Source of the DNA: an uncultured Verrucomicrobiota bacterium
Lineage (GTDB): Bacteria; Verrucomicrobiota; Verrucomicrobiia; Verrucomicrobiales; DEV007
Direction: 5' to 3'
NCBI GenBank assembly: GCA_902589825.1
Contig: CACIUL010000010.1
Location: 116-64,115, forward strand
DNA length: 64,000 nt
Numbering within the stretch: the stretch's first letter is position 1; the number at the start of each line of letters is the position of its first letter. This document shows positions 48,174-58,000 of the stretch, one piece after another. The notes below the pieces were generated by a model. It was not told the origin of the DNA. It did not search any database and saw only the letters and a program-made list of their open reading frames with translations. The position numbers were made by a program, and so were the translations under genes.

Positions 48174-49264
48174 GCGCTCCCGCCAGGAAGCTCAAACTGT
48201 GAGGATTCAGGGTAGAGCTCCTCCATGAACTGCACGAAATGCTCTATCTCACTGGGAGAAATATCCACACCACGCTCCTCCTGGATACAAAAAGCCCGGC
48301 CGCTCATCCTGCGAATCCTCTCTGCAACCTTTGAATTTTCATCACCTGAAAGACCCCAGCAATACATATCCTTCTCAAGCAATCGCGGCGGCACCAGGTC
48401 CGCACATCGTGCCTGACAAGCAAGATATGGGACGAGAAAACTGTGTAGGGCATACATCGAGGTGGAACGAAACCGCGATGCGCGTGTCGCTTCGAAAGCT
48501 TCTGGAAATCGCTCAGAGGCAAATTCCAGCAACAGCTTGTTGTGGGCATATGGACGATGCATGACAGTAAGGCGGGCATGCTTGCCGAAGCATTCATCAA
48601 GCAAACGGTTGACGTTCTTGTGCCCGGCCGAATCGCCTTCTTCCTCAGGAGAAGGCATTCCTTTTGGGGAAAGTGCTCGACCAAGTCGCACCCTGATCAA
48701 TCCGTCAGAAGCATAATACTGCCCAACATCCATTTCCCGACGGAGGAAAAAGTCATCGTTGAAATATATAAACCGGTCACTTAATCCGGGAATATTAAAG
48801 AAATAAGATTCTATGGCCTGGGTATTGTAGTTCGGGTAATGCGCAGGGTCAGTAATGATGTCTTTTGCCTCCACGACACGAATCTTCGGATGATCAATAT
48901 CAAGCCATGCAGGCAGTTGTCCATCGACCACGATATGGATTAACCGTACTCCCTTCAGGTAACGATCAACCGAGCGCAAAGAATAGCGCAATTCATCAAG
49001 TGAACTGGTTGGCCGCTTGGTCTGGATTCCTATGCGGCAGAAATCATCACGGGTTTCATCCTCAAGCACCTGCTGACGACGCTCTGCCCATAAATCATCA
49101 CTGGGGTCGCTCCAGAGATACACGACATCAACATCCCATATATGCTCACGGGGCCCCCGCCTATAACGCATGAAAAGATGGCGCAACTCAACAATGCCGG
49201 AAACAGTGACTATGCGGGATATCTCAAAAATCCGCACTAGGCTTCTTATGATCCTGGCTAACAA
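48170..49264 (-). CDS. Stealth-family protein (capsule-type hexose-1-phosphoryltransferase-like)
   Basis: Stealth conserved regions are visible: DVDVVYLWSDPSD (CR1), LDELRYSLRSVDRYLKGVRLIHIVVDGQLPAWL (CR2), and NTQAIESYFFNIPGLSDRFIYFNDDFFL (CR3). TTG start in the ORF track; an ATG alternative lies downstream. Confidence 0.75.
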   Translation of the reverse strand: MLARIIRSLVRIFEISRIVTVSGIVELRHLFMRYRRGPREHIWDVDVVYLWSDPSDDLWAERRQQVLEDETRDDFCRIGIQTKRPTSSLDELRYSLRSVDRYLKGVRLIHIVVDGQLPAWLDIDHPKIRVVEAKDIITDPAHYPNYNTQAIESYFFNIPGLSDRFIYFNDDFFLRREMDVGQYYASDGLIRVRLGRALSPKGMPSPEEEGDSAGHKNVNRLLDECFGKHARLTVMHRPYAHNKLLLEFASERFPEAFEATRASRFRSTSMYALHSFLVPYLACQARCADLVPPRLLEKDMYCWGLSGDENSKVAERIRRMSGRAFCIQEERGVDISPSEIEHFVQFMEELYPESSQFELPGGSA

Positions 49265-49433
49265 GGTGGTAACTAATCCCCCTGGGTGTAACTATAATTT
49301 AATGCGCTGACCTTATCTTTAAAACAACATCAAAGCCATTGGTCAAAGACAGCAAAAAGCAAGGATGTTTCATTTTAAATCTAGGTTAAAACTCAGTATG
49401 CATGACGCATGCCTGAATATATGCACTGATGGG

Positions 49434-51425
49434 TCACGGGATAACCTTGGCAGCCTGTCGATCTTTCAGCTGTTTTATCAAGGCCAGGGCACTCTTTGCC
49501 CCTGAACCTGCGCGATGCCCGCGGGGAGCCCCCTGCACGAAGAATTCAGGCACCCTCTTGAACTCTACAAGGGCCAGTTTTGCCTCCTTGGCTGCATCCT
49601 GCAATCGCCCAATCCTGTTTAAATAATAGGCATAATTGAGGCGGTAAAGGGCATGGGCTTCACGTGGCTTATACTTGGTCGGCGCCAGTGAGATGGCATT
49701 TTCAAAATGCTCTCTGGCACTCTGCCAGTAACCGCCCGCATCGGAAGCAGCGCCATGCCATGCGAGAAACATTTCACAATTACCTGCTCCGATATGGGAA
49801 AACCCATCAAAAGGATGTATTTCAATTGCTTTCAGGTAGGCAGCACGGGCCTTGCCTTGAAATTGTACTTTCACAAACGCCGGCAAGTTAGCTTCCTTTT
49901 TGAAATACCTGATCAGCCCCAGGCTGCGCCAGGGGTCGGCATTGGACGGGTCAAGCTCGATTGCCTTCTGGAGATGAACAACAGCCAGGTCAGGGCTGCC
50001 TCCCTTGACCTGCAAATGCCCCTTCTCCAGTTCCCAGCTGGCCTTGCCAAACCGTGCAAAAAAAACAACCAGGGCAATCCCGCACAATGCAGCTGCCCAG
50101 CGTATGCCGAGGTCAACACCAGAATGCCCGGGTTGATTGTCCCTGGGCTTGGGATTAGCCACAACGGCCAAGCAAAATACAATTGCCAGCCCGGTAACCG
50201 GCAACCTGACATGAAAATCCACAAAGGCCTGAAAGAGGTGCGCGCCAATAACCGCCAAGGCCCCGGCCACGAGGGCAAACTCCAGGGAATCCATTGAAGA
50301 CCGATTGGCATGGTCCCGCGACCGGCAATGATCACGTATTTTTCTGGCAGCATGGAAAACATGCGCAAAGAGGACAAGCAATACCAGCAAGAGTCCTACA
50401 ATGCCGTATTCAGCCGCCTGTTGAAGATAATCATTATGGGCAAACTCAGGATCGCGTTGATGGAACGGTGCCTCTGGAGGACGATACGCAGGATATTGGT
50501 AATGAAAGCTTCTTGCACCTGTGCCGAAAACCGGTGCTGAAATCCACTGGTCAATGGCACCTGCCCAGAAATTACCCCTTGAAGAAATTGAAAAAGCCTG
50601 ATCGACAGAATCGAAGCGCTTACTGAAGGCGGAAAAGGCAATGATCCCGACAACACAAGTGATAGCGACAACCCCAAATGCCCACCGGGTAATGTTCCTC
50701 ATGGCCCACTGAGCCTTTCCCTGGCCGCGAAGCCTCATGAAAAAAATGATGGCTAGAATCATCCCGCCGGGCACCAATCCCAGGAACACACCCCGGCTCT
50801 GGCTTAAGGCAATCCCTACAAGCGCAATTGCCGCACAAATAAGAGTTGCCGCCCTGATCGATTTCGCCACATGCGCAAACACTCCAATAGCAACCCCGAA
50901 GAGGACCGTGATCACAAGGAACCCGGCAAAATGCGGGTGCAGGTTGAAAAACCCCCCCGGTCGCAAAAGCTGCCCACCTGATCCCTGTCGCTCATAACCG
51001 GGTAAAATATTGAAGCCAAGATCAACCTGTAGTTGATAAACTGCTATGCATGTGTTCGCGATGCCAAGCAGAAGTAATAGAAAAAGAAAAGACAACCGGG
51101 CACGTGAACCGGACAAACACGTTGAAAATACAATATAAAAACCGAACAGGGTAAGTACCAGGATGACGTCAAGCCTTGCCAGGTAAGAAACCGGTGACAT
51201 CGAGGCACGGGTAACCATGTAAGCAAACAATGCCACCACGGCAAGGTAACAGAAGAGCGGTGGGCGGACCCTTTGATCCTTGCAGCGAATCAGTGGCAAC
51301 ATTACAAACCCGAGCCCCAGCAGCATCAGTCCCGGCCACTGGAAAACGACCTTGGTGCCGGTTCCGACCACTCCAATCCACAGGTAACCCAGCAAAATCA
51401 CGATAACCAAAAACGCACGCATCAT
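49434..51425 (-). CDS. O-antigen ligase/polymerase-like (Wzy_C) membrane protein fused to C-terminal TPR repeats
   Basis: 663 aa with about 10 or more TM helices. Wzy_C-like loop (LSQSRGVFLGL...FGTGARSFHYQY...EFAHNDYLQ). The C-terminal ~200 aa is TPR-like (AVVHLQKAIELDPSNADPWRSLG...AAYLKAIEIHP). Confidence 0.7.
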   Translation of the reverse strand: MMRAFLVIVILLGYLWIGVVGTGTKVVFQWPGLMLLGLGFVMLPLIRCKDQRVRPPLFCYLAVVALFAYMVTRASMSPVSYLARLDVILVLTLFGFYIVFSTCLSGSRARLSFLFLLLLLGIANTCIAVYQLQVDLGFNILPGYERQGSGGQLLRPGGFFNLHPHFAGFLVITVLFGVAIGVFAHVAKSIRAATLICAAIALVGIALSQSRGVFLGLVPGGMILAIIFFMRLRGQGKAQWAMRNITRWAFGVVAITCVVGIIAFSAFSKRFDSVDQAFSISSRGNFWAGAIDQWISAPVFGTGARSFHYQYPAYRPPEAPFHQRDPEFAHNDYLQQAAEYGIVGLLLVLLVLFAHVFHAARKIRDHCRSRDHANRSSMDSLEFALVAGALAVIGAHLFQAFVDFHVRLPVTGLAIVFCLAVVANPKPRDNQPGHSGVDLGIRWAAALCGIALVVFFARFGKASWELEKGHLQVKGGSPDLAVVHLQKAIELDPSNADPWRSLGLIRYFKKEANLPAFVKVQFQGKARAAYLKAIEIHPFDGFSHIGAGNCEMFLAWHGAASDAGGYWQSAREHFENAISLAPTKYKPREAHALYRLNYAYYLNRIGRLQDAAKEAKLALVEFKRVPEFFVQGAPRGHRAGSGAKSALALIKQLKDRQAAKVIP

Positions 51426-52555
51426 GGATTGCCTTCCTCCTTCCCAATTACGGCATCAAATACCTCGCGCATGCCTGTGAGGAAGGCACCCTGTGTGTAT
51501 TTTGAAACATATCTGGCTTCTGCCGCTAGAGACATTGCCTGGTTTTTCTTTCTATCTGTCATTACAGCCTCAATGGCATCTGCAAACTGATCGGTAGAGC
51601 TCACGTCGCAAAGTATCCCTGTCTCTCCTTCAACAACCATTTGCGGAATACCGCGCCAACGGGTTGCCACCACGGGAAGGCCGAAAGCCATTGCCTCAAT
51701 AAGCACAAGGGGGAAATTCTCGCTCTCGTAATAAGATGGGAAAAAGAACAGGGAAGCTTCCTTGTAAAGCATCCATTTCTTATCACCCGTGATTCGTCCA
51801 TGCACGACAATGGAGTCGGCAACATCCGCCTCCTGCACGGCAGCCTCAAATCGGCGGCGGGTATCTTCCTCCTGCCAGGGCCCCGCAACATCAAGCATGA
51901 AGTCCATTCCGCGGGCTTTCAGGGCTGAAGCTGTGTGGACAAGGTCCATCACACCCTTTGTTTTGCGCAGGCCAGCCATGTAGAGAATCCGAAAAGGCAG
52001 TTTATCAGGACTTGTCCCCGGATCACTATTCACGCCGGGAACATCCAGGCCATTGGCAACATGGAACTTTTGCTCAGCAACAAACTCCACGCCCGGACCA
52101 ATCTCACTTTTGGAAATCTCAATGCTGGCCTTCGCCCGTCCATAGGCACACCGTGCAAGGAAGCGCAAAAAGGGATTCAGTGAAGCCACGTATGCCGGCA
52201 ATCCACCGGCATGGTAGTGCAGTATCATCCCCCTGGAAAACGGCCTGACCGCAAACAGGTAGACGATATCCCTCAACACGGGGATCAGGTTTGGACTAGC
52301 AGGGGGATAATAGATAAAACAGGGACGGTTACGGAGAAGAATCCACCAGGATTTAACTATTAATGCCATTAAATGGAATAGTTTACTGATGCCGAACTTC
52401 CCGACATCAGCCTCTCCACTGCTGTATGCCATACGCAGACGTAACACCTTCAGACCTGGCCAATCATGATCAAAAAGAATCTTGGTCGCCACCGCCTGCC
52501 CATGGAAGGGTGGCGGGGTCTGGCCGACAAGGAGAATTGAGGCTCGCTTAGACAC
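51422..52555 (-). CDS. Glycosyltransferase, GT4 (group 1) family
   Basis: EX7E region FFFPSYYESENFPLVLIEAMAFGLPVVAT...GETGIL. Its stop overlaps the downstream start. Confidence 0.8.
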   Translation of the reverse strand: MSKRASILLVGQTPPPFHGQAVATKILFDHDWPGLKVLRLRMAYSSGEADVGKFGISKLFHLMALIVKSWWILLRNRPCFIYYPPASPNLIPVLRDIVYLFAVRPFSRGMILHYHAGGLPAYVASLNPFLRFLARCAYGRAKASIEISKSEIGPGVEFVAEQKFHVANGLDVPGVNSDPGTSPDKLPFRILYMAGLRKTKGVMDLVHTASALKARGMDFMLDVAGPWQEEDTRRRFEAAVQEADVADSIVVHGRITGDKKWMLYKEASLFFFPSYYESENFPLVLIEAMAFGLPVVATRWRGIPQMVVEGETGILCDVSSTDQFADAIEAVMTDRKKNQAMSLAAEARYVSKYTQGAFLTGMREVFDAVIGKEEGNP

Positions 52556-52616
52556 GTTAAATAATCAGTTTTGCAGACAAACACTCGCCGGGGATTTCAG
52601 TTCCACCGGAGCGCTT

Positions 52617-53312
52617 TTACTGGCAAAGCCTGCGCGTGGCCTTGCGGATTTTTAGTGCAAGTAATGCTGCGTCCATCAGTATAATCAGCACCATGCCTCC
52701 AAGGGGATAAATAATCTCTCCTGTAAAGTAACCTGCAAGAGGGCAAGCGAGGAACATAATCGCATGCTTGTCGGGAAAGCTTCCCGGCGGAAGCAAGCCG
52801 TTGCGGGAAAGCCAGCTTTGCTTGTCAGCCACGAAATGTGACCAGCTCCCTTCAATTTCCCGCTCAAGAAAATCATTCAGGTAGTTATTAATTCCACGCA
52901 AACCAAGAAGTGCCGTCACCAGCGCCATTGATTGCCAGGAAACTCCCATGCCGAATCCCAGACCAATAACGTTCAATATATAGACCAAGTGGTTAACAAG
53001 CCCATCGTAGAAGGCTCCAAAGGCAGAAGTCTTGCCGGTTAATCTGGCAACCTTGCCATCAACCCAGTCAAGCACCATGCACAACTGGTATACCAACACG
53101 GCGGCAACCGTGTGTTCCAGCAGGAAAAACACGGCAGAAAGAACTCCCAAAAGCAATGAAACAGTTGTCACCTGATTAGGGTGCACACGAGGAAAGAATT
53201 TGAGTAGCAGCCAGGCAATTAACGAGGAGGATGGGACAAGAAAACACTTTCCCCACCAAGCCTCTAATGACCTGCGGGTTTTCCTGTGCATCTCAAACAA
53301 TGACATCTTCAT
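52617..53312 (-). CDS. CDP-alcohol phosphatidyltransferase-family membrane protein (variant motif)
   Basis: Reads DWVDGKVARLTGKTSAFGAFYDGLVN, i.e. DxxDGxxAR-x8-G-x3-D-x3-N, with Asn where the family's last Asp is expected. Confidence 0.65.
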   Translation of the reverse strand: MKMSLFEMHRKTRRSLEAWWGKCFLVPSSSLIAWLLLKFFPRVHPNQVTTVSLLLGVLSAVFFLLEHTVAAVLVYQLCMVLDWVDGKVARLTGKTSAFGAFYDGLVNHLVYILNVIGLGFGMGVSWQSMALVTALLGLRGINNYLNDFLEREIEGSWSHFVADKQSWLSRNGLLPPGSFPDKHAIMFLACPLAGYFTGEIIYPLGGMVLIILMDAALLALKIRKATRRLCQ

Positions 53313-53453
53313 GGCTTTAATTTCTTATGGGGAATCATAACTGCATTCTCATTCCGTATATCGCAAATGACCCCTTTTAATCTTGCATAAGTCAATGGGC
53401 TCCATGCAGGGCGGCCGCAACCGGTCATTGAGGGACACTCTAGTGACAACCTT

Positions 53454-55001
53454 TCAAACTGCAGAAGGAACAGGACGGTTTAATCGATCCAATGCGGAAT
53501 CATCCAGATCTTGCCCTTCCTCAAGGGTCACGCCCGATGCGCTTTCATCACTTTGTTCCAGGATGCTTTTATTCATCACGGCCAAAACCGCAAGAAGGGT
53601 CCAAAACATGATCGCAGTGTAGGGAGCCTCAAATGTCGATTGGAAGAATGCGTTAACAAACCCGGCCAGAACAAATGCCCATGTAAATGCATAACGTGGG
53701 TCACATTGGCTCCCATGCCTGCGCATGATATCGACACCAATCCATAATTCCTTCATGATCAATACCGCTATCGGTATGAAGATGACCAACCCGATCAGTC
53801 CCATGCGCCCGAGTATGGTAAAAACAATATTGTGCGGATAACGCGCTCTCTTTTGAGCCGTGTTGATAAAAGGACTGTTGTTAAACTTGGCGTGAAATTC
53901 AGACGAAATATCTGAACCCATTCCCAGCCCGAATAACGGCCTTTTTTCCATCACGTCTTCTGTCACCATCGTCCACCAGGTCAACCTCCACTCCACCGTC
54001 CGTTGCCCATGTTTTTGCTGGGATCCACCAACACCAAAAACGTCAAAAGATGAGAACTCATCGAGGAAACGACTGAATTTACGGTCATTATCCTTAACAA
54101 TCCCGGATTGAATCAATACCATGAGCAGGAGAACCGCACCGATTCCCATTGGGATCATGGTGAACAAAATCTTCCAATGCCCAACGATCATCAGCGCCAC
54201 GATGTAAGCAAAGAAAGCAACATAGAAAACCGCCTTGCCGTGATAGAAAAGTGGAGCGGTACATGCAATGGATGAGATCAGGTAGATGCTTTTTAGTATA
54301 CCGTCGCTTTGCAACGATTTAATGTAAGCAAACGCGGAAAACGCAATACACACGGGAATCATCGCATCCACTGTCTGTAATATCAGTGGGGCTCCACGAA
54401 TCATGCTGGCGTTACCTAATGTGACACCTAGCTTTCCGAAAACAGTAACCGTGTATAGCAGGAGAGAAACTGCCGCAATCACCGGCAATAATTTCAATAT
54501 ATAATCACGGGTTGGCTTATGCTGCATTGAGCCATAAACCAGAAAGAAAAAAAGCGCGTAATAAACTGTCGCCGTATCCCGCAAGACCATAATCAAGGGG
54601 AACTCCCGCCTGTCGATCAGAAGGTGAATAAAACCATATACAAGAAAAACCAGCAGTGGCACGGTAAGGCGATGCTTAGGAACCAGGGATGTTGCACCAG
54701 TCATCACCCTGACAACATGGAAAAGCAACAACATGGCAAGGGTTGCCTCACCCACATAAATAATGGCAACGACACGCTGATAGGAAAACCCCTTCCCACC
54801 AAGAAAATAACAGGCAACAATAATGGCAATGAACCATCCCTCAAACCTGTAGCGCTTGCCGATAATGGTCATCAGCACAGCAAAAGCGGTGCCTGCAGCA
54901 ACAAATCCAGCCTTGCCATATTCCCCGTTGCCAACGGCAAGACCCGTCCACAGGGCAATAAACAAACCAACAATCATGGCTATGATGAATTGGATATTCA
55001 T
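53454..55001 (-). CDS. O-antigen ligase/polymerase-like (Wzy-type) membrane protein
   Basis: 515 aa, polytopic. Contains a periplasmic loop with ARYPHNIVFTILGRMGLIG. The gene is visibly AT-rich. Confidence 0.65.
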   Translation of the reverse strand: MNIQFIIAMIVGLFIALWTGLAVGNGEYGKAGFVAAGTAFAVLMTIIGKRYRFEGWFIAIIVACYFLGGKGFSYQRVVAIIYVGEATLAMLLLFHVVRVMTGATSLVPKHRLTVPLLVFLVYGFIHLLIDRREFPLIMVLRDTATVYYALFFFLVYGSMQHKPTRDYILKLLPVIAAVSLLLYTVTVFGKLGVTLGNASMIRGAPLILQTVDAMIPVCIAFSAFAYIKSLQSDGILKSIYLISSIACTAPLFYHGKAVFYVAFFAYIVALMIVGHWKILFTMIPMGIGAVLLLMVLIQSGIVKDNDRKFSRFLDEFSSFDVFGVGGSQQKHGQRTVEWRLTWWTMVTEDVMEKRPLFGLGMGSDISSEFHAKFNNSPFINTAQKRARYPHNIVFTILGRMGLIGLVIFIPIAVLIMKELWIGVDIMRRHGSQCDPRYAFTWAFVLAGFVNAFFQSTFEAPYTAIMFWTLLAVLAVMNKSILEQSDESASGVTLEEGQDLDDSALDRLNRPVPSAV

Positions 55002-55048
55002 ATTTTGTCGGCCATTATCTCGGTTAATCTGGGTGCTCTCATTTTCCT

Positions 55049-58000
55049 TCAGGACCTCGGGGAAATCCTGACCCGGTAAAATCCCTTTTCACCGGCAGGT
55101 GGGCGCAAGACGACCTTCTCAATCCCGTCACCTATATAGTTACGCGTCAATGCAGATTCGGGAAGCGCCTCCCAAGTATTTTCATCGGTAAGTTTCTCGA
55201 GATACGTTTTGTAGTAATGCCGGAAAACAGCACGTGACCTCTGAAACTCAATGACAGGAAACTTCAGATCTTCGATCCCGGCCTCCAGCCGGTAAACCGA
55301 ACCTGCATCCCCGGGATTTCCACCAAAAACAAATTCCATGAAGTTCGGCTGTAAGTCCCCGTCATCATCCTGGGCACCATCCGCGGTGCCTACTTTAAGG
55401 CCGGATTGCAATTCCCACCTGTCATGCATGCCGTCATTGTCAGCATCCAGCCACTCCGCCGGGCTGCTGCCTTGAGCAAGTTCATCAATGTTGTTCACCC
55501 CGTCGAAGTCATCGTCCCCGGAAGAGTCATCAGACAATGGATCCAAGCGGTTCCCAAGTTCCCAACCATCATGCATGCCATCACGGTCCGTATCTGCAAG
55601 GAGCTGATCCGTGCCTGCTATGATCTCTTGCCGATACGCTACACCGTCGCCATCGAGGTCCTCATCAGGGTCATTCACCAGGTTAATGGTAAGAATCGCA
55701 TCTGCAAAATTAATGCCATCTCCTGCACGGACCTTGATCTGCAACATGCTTGTTCGGGATAAAATCTTCTGATTAAGCCGCAAGCCCTGGGGAATATCCA
55801 GCTGCCCATCACCGCGACGCCCCCATCCAACCAGTGTGCCATCGGACTTCAACGCTATACTGTGATAGCCTCCTGCAAAAATGGCGATCACGCCTGTCAA
55901 TCCCTCGGGAACACCTGCCTGCCCATAATTATTGCGGCCCCAGGCCACAACAGTGCCATTTTCCCTGAGGGCAAGGTTGTGGTAACCGCCTGCGGCAAGG
56001 GCCACTACATTTTTTAAACCGGCAGGCACAATCCTTTGGCGATAGGTATTATGCCCCCACGCAGCAACGGTGCCGTCAACCTTCAGCGCAAGGCTATGCA
56101 GATATCCGGCGGCAATCGATGTCGCCGGGCCAAGACGTAATGGAACATTACGCTGCCCGTGAGTGTTTAAACCCCAGGTAACAATCGTTCCTTCATGATT
56201 CAGTACCATGGAATGATGCGCCCCTGCCGCTATAGCACGCACCTCACCCAGCCTGCTTGCCGAGGGCACATTGGCCTGTCCGTATTGATTACGCCCCCAG
56301 GCAACCACCCTGCCGTTAGCCTGCAAGGCAAGGTTGTGATATCCGGAAGTGGCTATTGCCGTGGCCCTGGACAGGTCCAAGGGAACATCTGCCTGCCCAT
56401 AGTTATTGGCCCCCCAGGCAACCACAACACCATCCTCCTGCAGGACCAAGCTGTGATAAAACCCTGCCGCAATCGCAATGGGCGAACTCATCTCGATAGG
56501 AACAACAGCCTGACCATCATTATCCCTTCCCCACCCGGTAACGTGCCCATCTGACCCGAGGGCAACGGAATGATAACCACCGGCAGCAACAGGAATACTC
56601 CGGGCGAGATCATTCAAGTCACCGGAATCATTAACCAAAAGGCGGTTGCCCTCGATTCTGAAGGCAGGATTACCGTCATGATCAGGGTCCTCATTATTGA
56701 TGATATCATATTCGATAATATCGCCATTAGGATCCATAACAGGCAAAACCCCTATAACCGTGTTGAGCGTGCTGGTTCTTGAAATGGAGAAATTTCGCTC
56801 AGAGAATGTCGGAGGCAAATCCGGGACGCTGAGCGGATCATTAGGGTCGGTGCCAAGGGAAAGCTCCTCGCCATCGTCAAACCCGTCACCATCGGTATCC
56901 TGCAGGGTAAAATCAGTGCCATAATGCACCTCTTTGACATCACTTACCCCATCACCATCAGTGTCCAGGCCAGAATTGTTTACTAGCGGGTTCCAGTTGT
57001 TGGCTATCTCCCAGAAGTCATCAAGTGTATCCCCATCAGTATCCGTTAACCTTGGATTTGTGCCTTGCCCAAATTCCTCAAGGTCAGTCAATCCGTCTGC
57101 ATCCGAGTCGCCTTGGGTGTCATATTTGAGGGGATCAATCCCATGCTTGTCTTCCCAGCCATCAGGCATCCCGTCTCCATCGGAATCCGGGTTATCAGGA
57201 AAGGTGCCGAGTTTGTTTTCTTCCACCAAACTCAAGCCATCATTATCGGTATCAATAACGGAGTCATCACGACGCGGATTCCAATTGTTATTAACCTCCC
57301 AGAGGTCAGTAAGTGTATCTCCATCGGTATCTTTTAAGAGCGGATTGGTACGGTTGCGAAATTCCACTATGTTGGTTAATCCATCATTATCAGGATCTTC
57401 CCCGGGGCCATCAACACTACCGTATTCAATCTCCCACCAATCGCTCATGCCATCGCCATCACTATCCATCATGCCCAGCCCAGATGACTGGTATTTTGCA
57501 CATAGCATGGCTTCAACCTCTCGTCTGTCCACATGACTCAAGGCCTGGGAGTAAGTAACCACTTCACTATAATCGGCTGGCTGGTATGCCAAGCCGCCAA
57601 TATGCCCAATCCACAATGAGCGGTCATTGGGTGGTATCAGTCCTTCAACCCTGGCCTGCTCCTCACCATCGACATACATCCTGCCCTCTTCATTGAAACC
57701 ATCATATACCAGGGTGACTATCCGTAATTTTTCCCTGTCCAAGCGCCTGAACGAGCGCACCGATAGCGGCTTGTCAGGCTGTGTTGAATAGAAATGCAGG
57801 TAACCTTGATCCAAAGTGAGCCTGAATCCGCTTTCACGCCAAACACTGTTGCCGGCTAGTGCATAAGTGCCGGCGGATACACCCTCCGAGCGCATTTTGA
57901 CCGCCATGATCAACGTCCATCCTCCCGATGCAGCATCCCCAAAGACCAAACCATTTCTGGTCTTTAAGCTGCCCGGACCAAAAGAAATCCCTGGATAACC

